From: Vicugna vicugna
Taxonomy: Eukaryota
Length of the DNA stretch: 64,000 bases
Direction of reading: 5' to 3'
NCBI GenBank assembly: GCA_013265495.1
Contig: MU061538.1
Coordinates: 682,001 to 746,000 of the forward strand
This document shows, piece by piece, positions 37,026 through 49,900 of the stretch. The notes under the pieces were generated by a model. It worked only from the letters and a program-made list of their open reading frames with translations, searched no databases and had not been told where the DNA came from. The position numbers were made by a program, and so were the translations under genes. Numbering within the stretch: the first letter of the stretch is position 1; every line of letters starts with the position of its first letter.

Positions 37026-38652
37026 AGAACTCCAGCTGACATCTTTGTGGAAAAAGAGCAGCTGATTTAATATTCACGTGGAATTTCCAGGGACCCAGAA
37101 TGGCCAAGACAATCTCATTTCTGCCACCAGAACACAAGCTACAGGGAAGGGGTCTCCCTGGCGGTCGGGCCCAACCCTCCAGGAGCCAGCGCCGCGTCGC
37201 GTGACCGGGAAACCTGGGGCAGGCGGTGCCAGAGCGGATTTGCGGATTTCCAGGCGGGGACAATGTGCCACGTGGCCAGCGTCTGCTCATCTGGACAGTC
37301 AGGGCCCGCCAAGGCGGAGACATGCAGACAGGGACAAACCAAGGCCCCACCAGCAGGAAGGCTGGGCACCAGTGGCTCAACCTGGGGCCCAGAATGGACA
37401 GGCTGGCCCTCTGCCTGGACGCTCCGAGGCTGGACCGAGTGGCCGTCAGGATTCCGTCCGCTGTGTGTACGCGGTGGCAGGCCCCCCGCTACCCAAACAC
37501 TCACGGAAGCACCTGCTCTGCGCCAGCTCCTCGCCCTGTGCCAGGTCTCTACACGGCGCAGCCCATGTGGAGCACGTCCAGGACTGGTGCCGCCACCCGC
37601 GGGACGCCCAGCCGGACCCGGCACTGGGGCGCGATGCGGACGCACCCCCTCTGATGGCTGCCTGGAGGGGGCTCGGTGCACGGATCGCATTGTTGGTGAT
37701 TTTGCTTTATTTTCGACACTTTCGTTGTTCTCTATTTCTACTTGAGAAACAGCAGGATCTAGAGAACGTTAATTATTGAACCAGCTTTTAAAAGGAAACT
37801 TTCTAATACTTAAAAATACTCAGATCTCTCCTTCCGCCCCCTCCTCCCCGGGGTCTCAGGGCATAAGCGGCAGGAAGAACTCAGGCGGACCAAAGCTTGC
37901 ACGGTTCCTCTCCGACAGCGCCAGCCTGGGGCTCAGACATGGGCCCCCCCACCCCACCCCCGCCTCACGGGCGGCTTGAAGGACAGACCAGTGTCCCCCA
38001 GACTGGGGACCAGCAGGCCTGGCCCTCCCAAGGCCTCTCTCCTGGGCCTGCAGACAGCCCCTCCCCGTGTCCCCATCCGGTCGTCCCTCTGTGCACACCT
38101 GGCGTCTCTCTTTCCTCAGGAGGATCAGGCCCTACCCTCCGACCCAGTTCACCTTGATCCCCTGCCATCAGGCCCCCACTGGGGGTCAGGGCCCCACTTA
38201 GGAATTGGGGACACGCACGGTGAGGCGCCCACAGCACTGTCCGCCTCCCGTCCTGGGTGCAGGCTGTGTACCTGGGCGTGTGAACTTCAGTACGTGTGTC
38301 ACTCTTCAGTAAGAAGGATTTTAAGCCCCTGGGCCAGGACGTGCTCCAAGGCCAGCCAGCGGCCCTGGGTTCCCTGGACCCTTGCCCCTGGCGCCTTGCC
38401 TGCTCCTCCCGCCAGGCCCCGCAGTCCCAGCCGGTGGCCAGCCCTGCAGTCAGCACTCCTAGGGCCCTTCCCGGGCTCTTCTCAGCCCCGCTTTGGCGCT
38501 GACCGTGTGTGGAGGCAAATGAGGATTCAGGACATTGCAGAGCAAGGCTGGGCGGGTCCCCAGGCAGGACGCTGTGCTGGGGGCTTCCTGGGGGGCAGAG
38601 CCGACCCCAGGCCCCATCCCGGGAGAAGTCAGCGTCAGTGGGAGCTCGCGCA

Positions 38653-38655
<3 letters not shown>

Positions 38656-38683
<28 letters not shown>
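38656..38683. repeat. (GT)14 microsatellite
   Basis: Read directly from the sequence. Confidence 0.95.
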
Positions 38684-41600
38684 CTGTGCGGGGCTCCTCA
38701 TGTGGCAGAACACTGGAGCTGAGCCCGTGAAACATGAAGTTAACATTTGACAGCTGTCCGCACGCTCAGCAGAACGCTGGCGTGGCCCCTCGTGGAGGAC
38801 GGTGTCATCCTGTCACCAGCAGAACTTTCGTGGGTCCATCTTCAGGGAACAGCTAGGGAAACCCAGCCTCGCGGTTGATCTGCTGGGGTTAAGTCTCTCC
38901 TCTCTCGCCAAGCCCCCACGGCCCTGGTCCCCTCCCGGGCTCCATCCTCGCCAGGCGCGCCCATTGAGCACCTGGTTGTTCCCAAGATCAAACACCCTCG
39001 CACCAGAGAACAGAGGCCCCAACCCGACGTCATCCCAAAGCATCTTCCCTGCAGCGTCACCGGGAAAACACAGCCGACCCAAGCCGACTGCTGGGGGGCG
39101 ATGCATCTGGGTGTGCTCCGTGCGTGACTGTGTGTGTGTGTGAGTGTGCGCAAGACGAGGACTCAGGCTGCGACGCACAGAGCACGTGGCGCCCAGGGCC
39201 TGAGGGCCAGCGTGTCCTGCCACTTCATGTCGCAGAGAAGCGCCCCGGACCGTCCAACGATGGCCACGACAGGGCCACAGTTTCCTGTGATGGGTTCACA
39301 CTGAGGCACGTGAGGCCTTTGTGCACAAGTGGTCTTTGCTCTCGTTTCAGTCAGACGCTGTCAGCTTGGACCAACGAGACAGATTTTATCACAATCGTGT
39401 TTGCACACCAGGGCTTTATCGCTCCCACGTCAAAGTCTGCACACTGTCCCCCAGCTCCTCTCTCTGGCGACAAGGAGGGTGTCTGCACTTCCGGGCAGAG
39501 GTGCCAGCCCTTCGGCCCCCAGACGTGTGCGTCCTGCAGCAAACGTTGGCGGTCGTGGCTCCGGACTTCGAGACCAGCAGAGGCTTCTGCAGACACAGGC
39601 TGCTTGTACCTTCTCACTAATTCCTTCCAGACTGAAAAAGAAGTGTTTTCAACAAAAACAACTGAAAATAAAGAAAAAATCGCGAACGCTCCCCTAGACC
39701 CGCTTGTCAGTTTGTCCAGTGCGTGGAACATCGGTGCCTCGAAACAGAAACTGTTCCTGTGTCATCAGAGCCAAATTTAGAAAGGAGACAAGATCTCAGT
39801 TTGGGGAAGTTTCTGAGGCTGCTGGTAACTGTTGCCTCATTAGTCACCACAGATGGCGTGTTGCAAAGGAGAGGCGGCCGGTGTCCAGGCGGCGTCCCTG
39901 CTGCCGGGGCCCCAGGTCATCTCCCAGCGGTTTGATCATTTATTTCAAAGAAGATTCCTGTATTTGTTGACTTCTGCTTCCAGTGTTCTCCACATTGTCT
40001 GTCTTTGTGAACAGCTTTTAAAATGCAAAGCACAAGAGGCAGGTGTCCGTCTCTCTCACACACACACCTCAGCACTGTGTGTGAACTGGCGGCTCCCTCG
40101 GTCTTTGGCCACGTTTTAGACACCAAACCCCGTGGTTCCTTGTGGCAGCTGTGACACGTCGCTGTTCACCTCAAGTTTAAACCTTTTCCATTGTTAATCT
40201 GCGTCCCTAAAAGTGGCGATAAAAGCAGGCGGGTACCTCGCCAATCCAGGCACTCTTATTTTACGAAGTACTTGCTTGCCGAAGACCACAGCTTACTTTT
40301 TACAGCTTCACTTAACAATGTGACATTTGGGACATTCCCTAATTAATGCCGACTCTCTGGACCGCTGGGGTGTTTGTGGAGCCTGCGACGTCACCTCTGG
40401 CAAATCCGCAGCTCAGACGAAGGTGAGAGGACACTCACGTCCGACCAGCACCTCCGCGTGGGCCCTGCTGTTCTGAGCAGACGACGGGCGTTGCGCCAAA
40501 GGCATGTAAACTGTAGAGGCTGTACACAAAAAAGAAATTCCAGAAATCTGCAGGCAGCCTCTTAATCCGAAATGACGTTGGCTGCCCAGCTCTAATACAA
40601 TAGATTTAGCCGGCAGATCTGACTAGTATCTAGGTTCTCCCGAGGTGCGAGGCACCTGCTGCGCAGTACTTGTCGGTGCAGCGGAAAACTGAAAGGTTTC
40701 TCTCACCACTGCTGAAGGGGCGTGCAGAGGAACAGAGAGGCGAGTTTCTTCCTGGCCCCTGCTGTACTTCCTGGCTCCGAAATCTGGACGAAGGGCTCGC
40801 TGCGACTTCTACAACCCTTTAGACCATAAACGGTCTGACTGGGGGCTCAGCTGGGGACGTGGTGTCCGGAATGCCTCCCAGCCCCCAGGTGAAGCGAAGT
40901 TCTGACAACCACACAGGAGGACGCCTGAAGACACACTCTACTCTCAGATACTGCATTTGCAATTCACACAATAAACCCTTCAAGTAGAAGGCTTATGTTA
41001 ACCGGGGAGTCACATAAGCCAACTGACTTGCATCAAACTGCAGCTGACCTAACCCGGGAGGGTCTTCTCCGAGCCCGGCTGGGGACACCGCAGGGTCTTC
41101 CCGGGTCTGCGTTCCCGTCTGAGCCTGGAGTTGGGGTGTTGTTTTGAAGAAGGGGCTGCGGCCGGCACGTCGGAGCATGTCGCGCATTTCGAAGTCCACC
41201 TGCACGTTGTAAATGGGAAATGAGGGTGAGGGGCCGTGACTTCTCCCTCCACTGTCGGCAGGAGTGGGGTGGTTCCAGGTTTGGCCACTGCCTTCTTTCC
41301 CTTTTATTTTATTTATTCCGTCAGCTTGAGTTTTTCTAACCTTGGCTTCAGTAACAATTTGGTGGGGAGTGAAGGACAGTGGGGGACACTACAGGTCGCC
41401 CTCTCTGAAGTTAGTGTCAGGAGTGAGACACACGTGCTCTCAGGTGAGGAGACGCAGAAGAACCGAGGGGAAAAGGAAGATCTACATCATTTACCGGGAT
41501 GTCAAACTGCACCTTGGAGAAGCAACTCATCGTGAAAATCTGGATTAATGAGACAGACGCATGTTCACTCTAAGAGCGTCAGAAACAATTCCAAGACGGG

Positions 41601-41720
41601 CTTCGTCAAGCTCGGAGAAGCAAGGCCTCCCCCTTGCTCCCGAGACGACCGGGCTCCTGCTCCCAGGACGAGGCCCGGGCAGCCGGGACGACCAGGCCGC
41701 GCGGGTCTGGGCAGGCGTCT

Positions 41721-41747
41721 CCTCCTGTCACCTCCTGTCACCTCCTG
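41721..41747. repeat. 10-bp tandem repeat (CCTCCTGTCA) x2.7
   Basis: Read directly from the sequence. Confidence 0.85.
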
Positions 41748-42089
41748 CTGGGGGACCAGGGCAGGGTTCAGGAGGCCATGGGGCCGTTTCGGCCAGAAAT
41801 TGCTAGAAATGGCAACAGCAGATTTCACTTGTCTCTATTAGCCCAGGAACCTACCGATTACCAGCTGTCAGATGTTACTTGAGCAAAACATGTGAAATTG
41901 CTTTGGGTGCGGGCGTGCGGGGACAACACCCAGGACGTCCGGCAGAGCCTGGCTTCACCTTCAAGGCTGTGTTCCGGTGACTCCTGACGGGCCGCTTCTG
42001 ACGCGAGGCTCCACGGCAAACGCTGGGCAAGGAGACCCCGGACCCCGGGGGAGCTCCTTTATTCTGCCAGCGGAACTGCGGGACTGCTC

Positions 42090-42620
42090 TGTTCGCCCCC
42101 CTCCGACTCGCTTCAGCCTCGTTTGGAGCTGGGGCTGATTTACTCGCGGGCGTGTGTGCACGCGTGCGCGGGCGGGGCGGGGCGGGGCGGGGCTCCTGCC
42201 CACACGCCTGCTTTCCTTTGTGGAGGCGCCCTCCTGTGGCCACGGAAAATATTGCGCCACAAAAGAGCAACTTCCCACACAGACGGGGCCCTGGACAAAG
42301 AAAAACCCCCTCCAAGCTGCGCGGATGCGCGGAGCTTTCAGAAAATACCGGCGCGGGGTTTTAAGAGTTGGGAAGCTGCCGGATCACGGCACCGAAACTG
42401 CGCTCTCCGCGCCTGCGCGAGCAGGGCCCGCGGGACAGGGATGCGCCCGGGGCGGTGGCCGCGCCCCGCGGGCTCCCCCTACAGGACGCCGGGCCAGACC
42501 GCAGGCCCTCGGCTGGACGGCCTCTGCGAGCTCCTCCCAGGCTCCGGGCGGGACCCTCTCCCTGCGGAGGGCACGGGGTCTTGGGGGGCCGGACGCAGCA
42601 GGGGCACGGAGCAGGGGGGC
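42090..42620. promoter_or_regulatory. CpG-island-like element with a tandem GC-box array (GGGGC)n at 42170-42193
   Basis: CpG is visibly dense and there are four consecutive GGGCGG Sp/KLF boxes. Confidence 0.45.
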
Positions 42621-45600
42621 GCCTGCGGCCTGGGTGGTCCTACACCCAGCGCTGCTTCTCCCCTCGCCTGTTCCGCCCGGAGGTCGTCCAGATGGCCCTG
42701 AATCCCGGGTTCTCCTCCTGACCCCCTCCTGGGTGACACCCCCAGGGGACGAGGGTGGGAGGCCTCTCACAGGCTGCTGGCCGGCTGCTGCCAGAGGCTG
42801 GGTCCTGGGGATGAGGGCCAAGCAGAGGGACACCCAGAGCCAAGGGGGACCCGCCTGGAGTCAGTGATCAGTCAGGCCACGGGTGACCCTCGAGGCTGCC
42901 AGACAGACGTCGCTGGTCCTGAAGGAGCGACCATCTCCTGGGAGCGTGTGAGCATCTGGAAGACCCCCCTTGGCTCCTGCTGCTCCACGTCCAAACTCAG
43001 GCCTGAGCTCCAGGGACCTGCCCTGGTGCCCATTCACCCTGGTTCTCCGACACTGGGAGGGGCGCTCACGGGGCGGACCAGGATGGACGTGGTCCTCAGA
43101 TGGGCAGACCCAGCGCGGCCCATCCACCAGGGCCACCAGAGTACAAGCCGCACGGGGGCGGCAGGAAGGCAGCTCAGCCGCCTCTCCTCAGGCTGTCCGA
43201 GTCCAGGCCAGGCCCGCCCTGCGGGCAGAGCACCAAGCCCTGGTTGCCCTGGAAGCGGCCCGGCCCCCTCCCACGGGTTCCTCTCGCCTGGACCCCCTGC
43301 CCGCCCTCCTTCCACACCAATGTCGAGCCCTGTGCCAGGGCCTGACGAGGCAGGACAGGGGGATCACCTTGCCTGTGGATGGCACGTCTGTCTGGTCTGG
43401 AGGCCAGGGCTGCCGCTCGCTCAGTGGTGCCCCCACGAGCCCACCTGGCTCACACTGGACACACCGAGTGTGCGCTGGGTGAGGGCGGGTGACGGTGGCC
43501 CTATCCGCGCCTGGCGGCCCCTCCTCCACTAGGCCAGTGGGCGGGGAAGGGAATGAGGGGCAGAGGGGCACCGGGGGAGGGAGGAGTCCTGGGGCCACCT
43601 GGCCTCTGCTGGTCCTTTGAGGTCAGACCTGCGGTTCCTCGCGCCTGGCTTCCTCAGGGACTGGGGGGCACGGGGACTCGGGGGGGGGGCTGTGCTGCCT
43701 TCTTACCCTCCTAGTACCACCCGCGGGTTCTTCCCAAAGGACTTCAAGGTTTGATAACAAACGGACCCCCCCGTCATGGCACAGACACCCCCGCCGTGGC
43801 AGTCACTTCTGGGGCCCACGTGCCCTCCTGAGGGAGGCTGTCATGGGCCAGGGCTCCATGCCACGTCTCCGTCTGTGTCACATGTGCGCACCAGGCCCAG
43901 CTCAGCACCCAGAACCACCCGAGTCCTGGAATGACCCTTGGTGAAATGTGTGCTCATTACGATCACCAACATTGTCTCCCATGGACCGACAGGACGTGAG
44001 CCCCCGGGGGCCCCGGGCTGGGGCTGCAACAGACAGAACACAGGAAAGGGCTTCTAGCCTGGGGGTTGGTGGTGAGTAACGAGAGAAAGTGACTGGTCAC
44101 CCTGGTGTCACGGAGGCGGCCAGAGAGAAGACTGGTCGTTCTGAGGACCGGGAACCAGGGCGGACGCCATCTATCAGGCTTTCTCTGTACAATCTGTACT
44201 TCAGGGATCCAGAGAGGACCTGGAAAAATTCGCCTTCGCCGAATTCCAGGGGAGAATGCAGAGCAGTCACGGGGCGCCCGTGAGGTCCAGGGAGCACCAG
44301 GAGGGGCCGTCCCAGGTGGGTCACGACCCCCGAGCCCACACGTCAACCTGAGGCCAAATGACCCCCAAGAGGACGGTCTCTGGGCGGCAGGACCAGATGG
44401 TGAGGAAGTGGGGAAGGGGCCGTGGGCGCCCTTGGAGGTCTCGGCTCCAGCTTCGGGCAGAAACCGCCCCTGAAGCCGTCAGGGAGACCAGGACCACCAG
44501 CGAGGGCAGAGACGCAAACTGGGTTCCAGGCCTGGTGAGTCCGCGGTCTCCCCACTGCCAAACAACTTTCAAAGGTAAAAAATAAACAAGTCAGTCAGGT
44601 GTGGTTTCCACTGTCACGGTCCCACTTTTTTAAGGCTCCAGCAACAGTCCGGCAGTGTCCCTGTGGATGGTGCCACGTCACCTTCCTGGTTCTCGTGCCA
44701 CCCACCCCTGGGGGCTGGGGCGGCACTCACCTGGCACGCGGCAGGATTTCCTGTGAAAGTACAAGCATCTCTAGAAGGACGTTTCAAAGTATTTGCTTCA
44801 GTGAGTTCTGAAGCCCCTAACCAGCCTCAGGGGAGGGATGAGGGACTGAGGGGCGGCTCCCTGCAGCCCAGCAGGCTCGTCCCCGAAGGGCCTCCTGGAG
44901 GAAGGAGCTGCGGCTGGAGGCTGGGCCCTGATCCTGCCGCCCCCACCCCGTCCTCCACCCCCTCGGTGCTTGCCCAGCACCCCCAGGAAGGACCCCGGGG
45001 AAGATCACAAGGCAACGCAGAAGGCCCCCTCCTCTCTGCGTCACCCAGACCCCCCGAGAGCCTGCGCAGGGCTGCGGGGCAGCTCAGGCCAGCCCCCCAC
45101 CCCCCGGCCCCAACACGTGGTCCATGGAGCAGACTCTCCAGCAGGAGGCAGGGCCGGTGGACAGACCGCCCACCGCTACCTCTGCCCCTCTCCTCACCTG
45201 TGACCAGGGGCCTCTCCCACTCACTCAGGAGCTGCCCCACCGCGGGGGCATGTGAAGGCGTGGGGGCCCAGACGACCCTGGGGGCTCTAACAGCATCCCT
45301 GACACTGTCCTGTCCCAGGTGACCAGCCTCGAGGATGGCGACATTTTCCCACATGGGGTCACCTCCCTCCCTGGTCCCACACAGGGAAGTTCTAGGCTGT
45401 GAGCAACTGACAGGGGGCTCTAAGTCCTGAGGGACCTTCCCCTTGTGGCCGCGGACGTGGCCTTGTCTCGCCGGGCCCGAGTCCAGCACATCCGGGACGG
45501 GGCCTGAGGGACGCCTCTCATCCCCCGTGCTTCCCGCTGGTGACCGTCAGGCTGCTGGTCTCCCACAACGAACGCGCAGTGGGAACGGCAGCTTTAGAAC

Positions 45601-45754
45601 GACGACGTCTCCACCCTCCAGGAACGCACCTCAGCTCCAGCCTTTAGCCCCCAAAACGTCACTGTGTCTCTCACTGAAACGACGGAGAAGAAACGCCGTT
45701 CCTCTGCCCACTAGTAACTGCAGCCTCCTGGCGTTTGCAAATGACGGCAAGGGA

Positions 45755-46852
45755 GTGTGAGTCAATGCGCTTGCACTTTATTGACGTGGGGGGCACTGAA
45801 AACCCACGATGCTTCCATGGTTGCGTTTTCCACACCAAGCATTAAACCCTGTCCACTCTTCCCCCGAGTCCGCACCGCCTCCTGCCACCACCCGGCCTTC
45901 AAACACAGGGCACGCTCGTTCCTGGCTTCCACGCCCGCGGTGCTGCCGCGAGGGCCGTGCCCCAGGTGCCCAGTTCCAACACTGCAGGGTCAAAGCTGCC
46001 ACCACTTAAAAAAGCTGCCAGTGTCTGAGAGCAAAGGGAGGGGGACCCCGGGGGCCTGACCGCAGGTGGCAGGCGGGCGGGGAGGGGGGCAGCACGGGGT
46101 CCAGTCGCCCTGGCGGGAGGGAGGGGAGGAGGCACGTCCCGCAGAGAAGTAACCGCGGGAAGCTGTCCAGGGCGCAGTGGCCCCGAGGAGCCGGCACTGG
46201 CTGAGCACAGCTACCCAGGTGCAGGGAGTTTGTCTAACCTCCAGCAGGACCGGAGCTGAGAGCCAGGGTGGTGTGGCCAGACCGAACTCTGTAGAACCCC
46301 GTGCACACGCCCAGAACAGCTATGGGTCCAAGAGACGTGGGATAACTCCAGCTGCATCTGGACCCCCTGGAGAGGATTAAAATTAAAACCACAAACACGA
46401 GGATGACCACACGCCTGACGTGACCGGCCAGGGGCCACCGTGAGGGTCTGGCTCCTGAAACCAAGGAACGGCCGCCCATGTTCAGGAGGCACCTCTACAT
46501 TCCCTACGCTGCACTGGAGTCTAGAGTCAAGCGCTGCGGCCAGCAGGAGAGGAGGTCGCTCCACGAACACGCACACGCCGTCCGTCCTGGGCACACAGCT
46601 AAAGCTACAAGCGTCTTGGCACTGCACGCCGGGGGAGCGGGGAGGCGCCCCCGGCGCAGAGCCGGGGAGGAGAGGCAGGGACGGCCCGGGTGGCTCCGCG
46701 TCCCACCACCGCCACCCGTAGGCCCCTCCCCGCCTCTGCCAGCCCCACGGGTCGGCCAGCGCGTCCCCCGCGCCGTGAGCAGGTGTGGTCTCGGGACGTG
46801 GAGAAGCAGGTGCCACTACCTAACGCGCGCGCACGGCCACGGAGCGGCCCGT
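45755..46852 (-). other. DNAJB6: DNAJB6 isoform a 3' UTR (~1.1 kb)
   Basis: It runs from the exon 10 stop to the first downstream minus-strand AATAAA. The cleavage position is estimated. Confidence 0.7.
45777..45782 (-). terminator. Polyadenylation signal AATAAA of DNAJB6 isoform a
   Basis: Plus-strand tttatt at 45777-45782 is the first AATAAA I found after the isoform a stop. Confidence 0.75.
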
Positions 46853-46935
46853 CTAGAGGTGCCCTTTGGTCGACTTCTTCTTCTTCGACTCCTCCTTCTG
46901 CTTCTGCTTCTTCCTCTTGCCACCTTCTCTGAATC
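46853..46935 (-). CDS. DNAJB6: DNAJB6 isoform a exon 10, coding part containing the KRKK nuclear localisation signal
   Basis: The acceptor is gtttccttag|GA at 46936/46935. It translates as (G)FREGGKRKKQKQKEESKKKKSTKGHL*, with TAG at 46855-46853. Confidence 0.95.
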
Positions 46936-49900
46936 CTAAGGAAACAGGCGTGTGAAACACTGGGCAGGAGCAGCTGCTTCCCCACCGAGAGGCAAACACC
47001 CCCCAGGTCAGAAGACACACCGGTCACGCCCCCTTCCACCTGGTCCGCACCGAAGCTCAGGGAAAACGGAGACTCACGCAGAGCTTCAACACAACCCAAA
47101 GAGCGCCACAGCCCTGCAGAGCCGCCCCTGCCCGCCACCCCCGCGGCCCGGCCGCGGGCTCCGGGCTCGACGTGGCTGAGGCCTTTCGTCCCCCATGTCA
47201 TGTGCCTGCCTGGAGCCCACGGACAAAGGAGCCAGCGTGACCCGCTCGCCCTCCAGTGGTTCTGTCCCGGAGCCAGCCATCCACACGAGGGCTGGGACGC
47301 AGGGAAGCGCAATGCTGACCTTGGGTCACAAAAGATCTACGGGGTGGCCTGCCTGGACCCGGCCTGGACCACTGCACTTAACACACACGGGCCCCAAGCC
47401 TGCTGGAAAGATTGCCTGAAGGCACTGCCAGGATTCTAAACTTGATGGCGCCCCTCTGGAGCAGACACACACGGAGGACAGGACCCTCACGCATCCACGC
47501 CGGGGCCTCCGGTCCTCACAGAACGGCAGTCCCCGGCGGGCTGGGCCTGGTGGTGGTCAGGTGGGCGCCTCCAGCCAATCCATAACGGCCCGCGACGCCT
47601 GTGACCCATGGGGTCAAGGGAGACGCACGTGCCTTGGATACCGCAGGGCTGCAGGTGCCCCCGCCCGCCAGCCTTCCCACCGACTCAAACCTCACACACA
47701 CGTGCTTGCCGCGGCCCCGGCTGACGTGTCCCGAGGGCTCCGTGAGGCCTGCATGTCCTGCCCACCTCCCCAGCAGCACGGAGGCCATCCGCCCATCAGG
47801 AGCCGTCAAGGCCATGGGCTTAGGGAAGTGGCCCCGACAAAGGGTCTGGCTCACGAGAGGGAGAGGACGATGGCCTCTCTTCCCCCACCGGGCTCAGCTA
47901 CATGCACAACAAGCCAACAAGAAGGAGAGCAGCACCTGCCAACGTACCAGCATCCACAGACTCCCGAGGTCCCTGTCCCTGCGACTGGGCTGCCCCTGGG
48001 CCAGGCCAGGCCCCACAGAGGCACTGGCAGGCCCGGTGACGTGCTCCCTCCTCCCACCTGGGCCCCACACCTGTCTCTGGTCATGAAATCCTACCACCTG
48101 ACCCAGAAGGGACCTGGAAGCTCTGGGGACGCAGAGGGCAGAGCTGGGGCTCAGCCGTCCTCCCAGCCACGGCGCCTCCGGGGAGACCGCCTGCTGTCAC
48201 AGCACAAGGCGGTGGGAGTCAATTCCTCGCTCAAATTTCTTATTTAAACGCCACATCTGCAACAAGACACCTTCAATTTTAAGACACAGAAAAATAACCG
48301 CGGACAAACTAAAGGAATTCAGCATAAATGACAGGATTCCAGGGTACGTCCCACCGGGCAGGTGCCAGTCCTGTGCGTCTGGGGCGCCCGGGGGACACCG
48401 ACCGGCCCGGCTACAGACCCGAAGGCAGGCACCAGTGTGGAAACCACCTCTCCTCTGCCCCTCCCCGCTTCAGGGACCGCTGCGGTCCAGGGAGCAGCCT
48501 CCAGGTGGCAGTGCCCTCCCGTCACCAAGGACAGTCCTCGGATCTGAGCTACGAAGAGCAGTGCCGCTTATCCTGAGAGCCGGCTGTCAGCAGGAAACCT
48601 CCACCTTCTGGAAGGTCAGCGTGTGGTGGAAACTACCCCGGGGTGACGCGCGTGAGCCCTGCGCACGACCTGCACTGGTACCCGAGGCCTCAAGTCGGGG
48701 GGGAACGGAGTGTCTGGGGACATGGCGGGCCCCCAGCCACACGCGTCACACAAATCTCAGGGGGAGTCAGTGCAAACCCGGACAGACCTGCTGCTGCGCC
48801 ACCACCAGGGCGGCCGGGCCACGTCGCTAACCTCCCAGACAAACGCAGCCGAGATTCCAGCCCAAAGAAATCACAGGTGCTTCTGGGAAGAGAAGCAAGC
48901 AAGCAAAACCGCGGCTTCCTTCCTGCAAACCGACAGGACCGCCGTGCAGCGGCCACGGCTCCACCACCCGGAGCAGAGGCTGTCAGGCTGCGGGAGCCAG
49001 GCACGCGGCCCACCGTCCAGCAGAACCAGGCGGTGCTTTCTCACAATGCGCCATGTTTAGGCAAAACCCACGTCTTTAACTCTTTGGTGATTTCACCCAG
49101 ACACTCCTTTGAAGGCCTCATGACTTGATTTCAAAGGAAACAAGAAACGAGGTTGACTCGGCAGCCCTCAGAGCCCGCCGGCCGCGCTCCGCCACCACCC
49201 GCCACAGGCAGGGGTTCAGCAGGAGCCAAGTCCGTCCCTCGCCCGTGTGAGGATTCGAGCGGCTCCTAAGTCAGCTGGGCCTCCCCACTCAGAAACAAAA
49301 CCTGGTAGGGCCCTGGGGGTAAAACTGACAAAACCCCGCGATTTCAGAAAGCGGCAGCACCTTCTGCTCTTCCTGCAAACCCCTGCTCCCGGGGTCCCCC
49401 GGCAGCGCCGCCACCCCAGGACCCATGGCAACAGGGCCTTCAGCTGGCAGCCCAGCCCGAGCCCCACTCCCTCGTCCTGCTCCAGGGGCCGGCGGACCCT
49501 GCTCCTGCGACTGGGACTTCCCACCTAGCGTCCTTCCAACCGGAGGGACGCAGCCGTTACGTCACTGCTGGAAGGTCACCTGTTTGGGGAGACTGAGGCA
49601 CAGCCCTGCCCTCACCAAGGCCACCCCCAGAGCGGCCAGCCCCGGGAGCTGACCACAAAGCCGGGGGAGCGTCCGCACACCTATTCAAGGCAGAACAAGT
49701 TTCCGCTGAACTCACACAGCCCTTCCAATCACCTCTACTCTTCATTTAATCACACAGGAAAAGGCCGTTTCTGCCCATCTGCCTTTGCCGGCTGGCTCCC
49801 CAGCAGCCGGTGGCCAGGTCTGCACCCTTCCGCGGGGCTTCACGCCCCGGCTGGAAGCCCAGGATGTGCGCCTTCAGGGGGACGCAGGGCACACTTCCTT

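Larger units (their letters stand above)
35779..37145 (+). mobile_element. Old L1M ORF2 (RT region) fragment hosting two younger insertions
   Basis: It contains gccagtatcaccctgataccaaaac, gtcctcaacaaaatactagcaa, aaaagcatttgacaaaatgcaac, ttgctgatgac, acttaggaataaatt and ggacccagaatggccaagacaat. Confidence 0.8.

Noticed and set aside
1-45700. Hundreds of 60-340 aa ORFs in the six-frame track (e.g. 6582-7556, 25199-26167, 33701-34714)
   Set aside because: They are Pro/Gly/Arg/Ala-rich, overlap on all frames, show no recognisable domain, and are expected from stop-codon scarcity in very GC-rich DNA.
1-45700. Terminal exons of PTPRN2, the expected convergent neighbour
   Set aside because: I found no sequence encoding its remembered C-terminus (...EEVNAILKALPQ). 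If synteny holds, it lies upstream of position 1.
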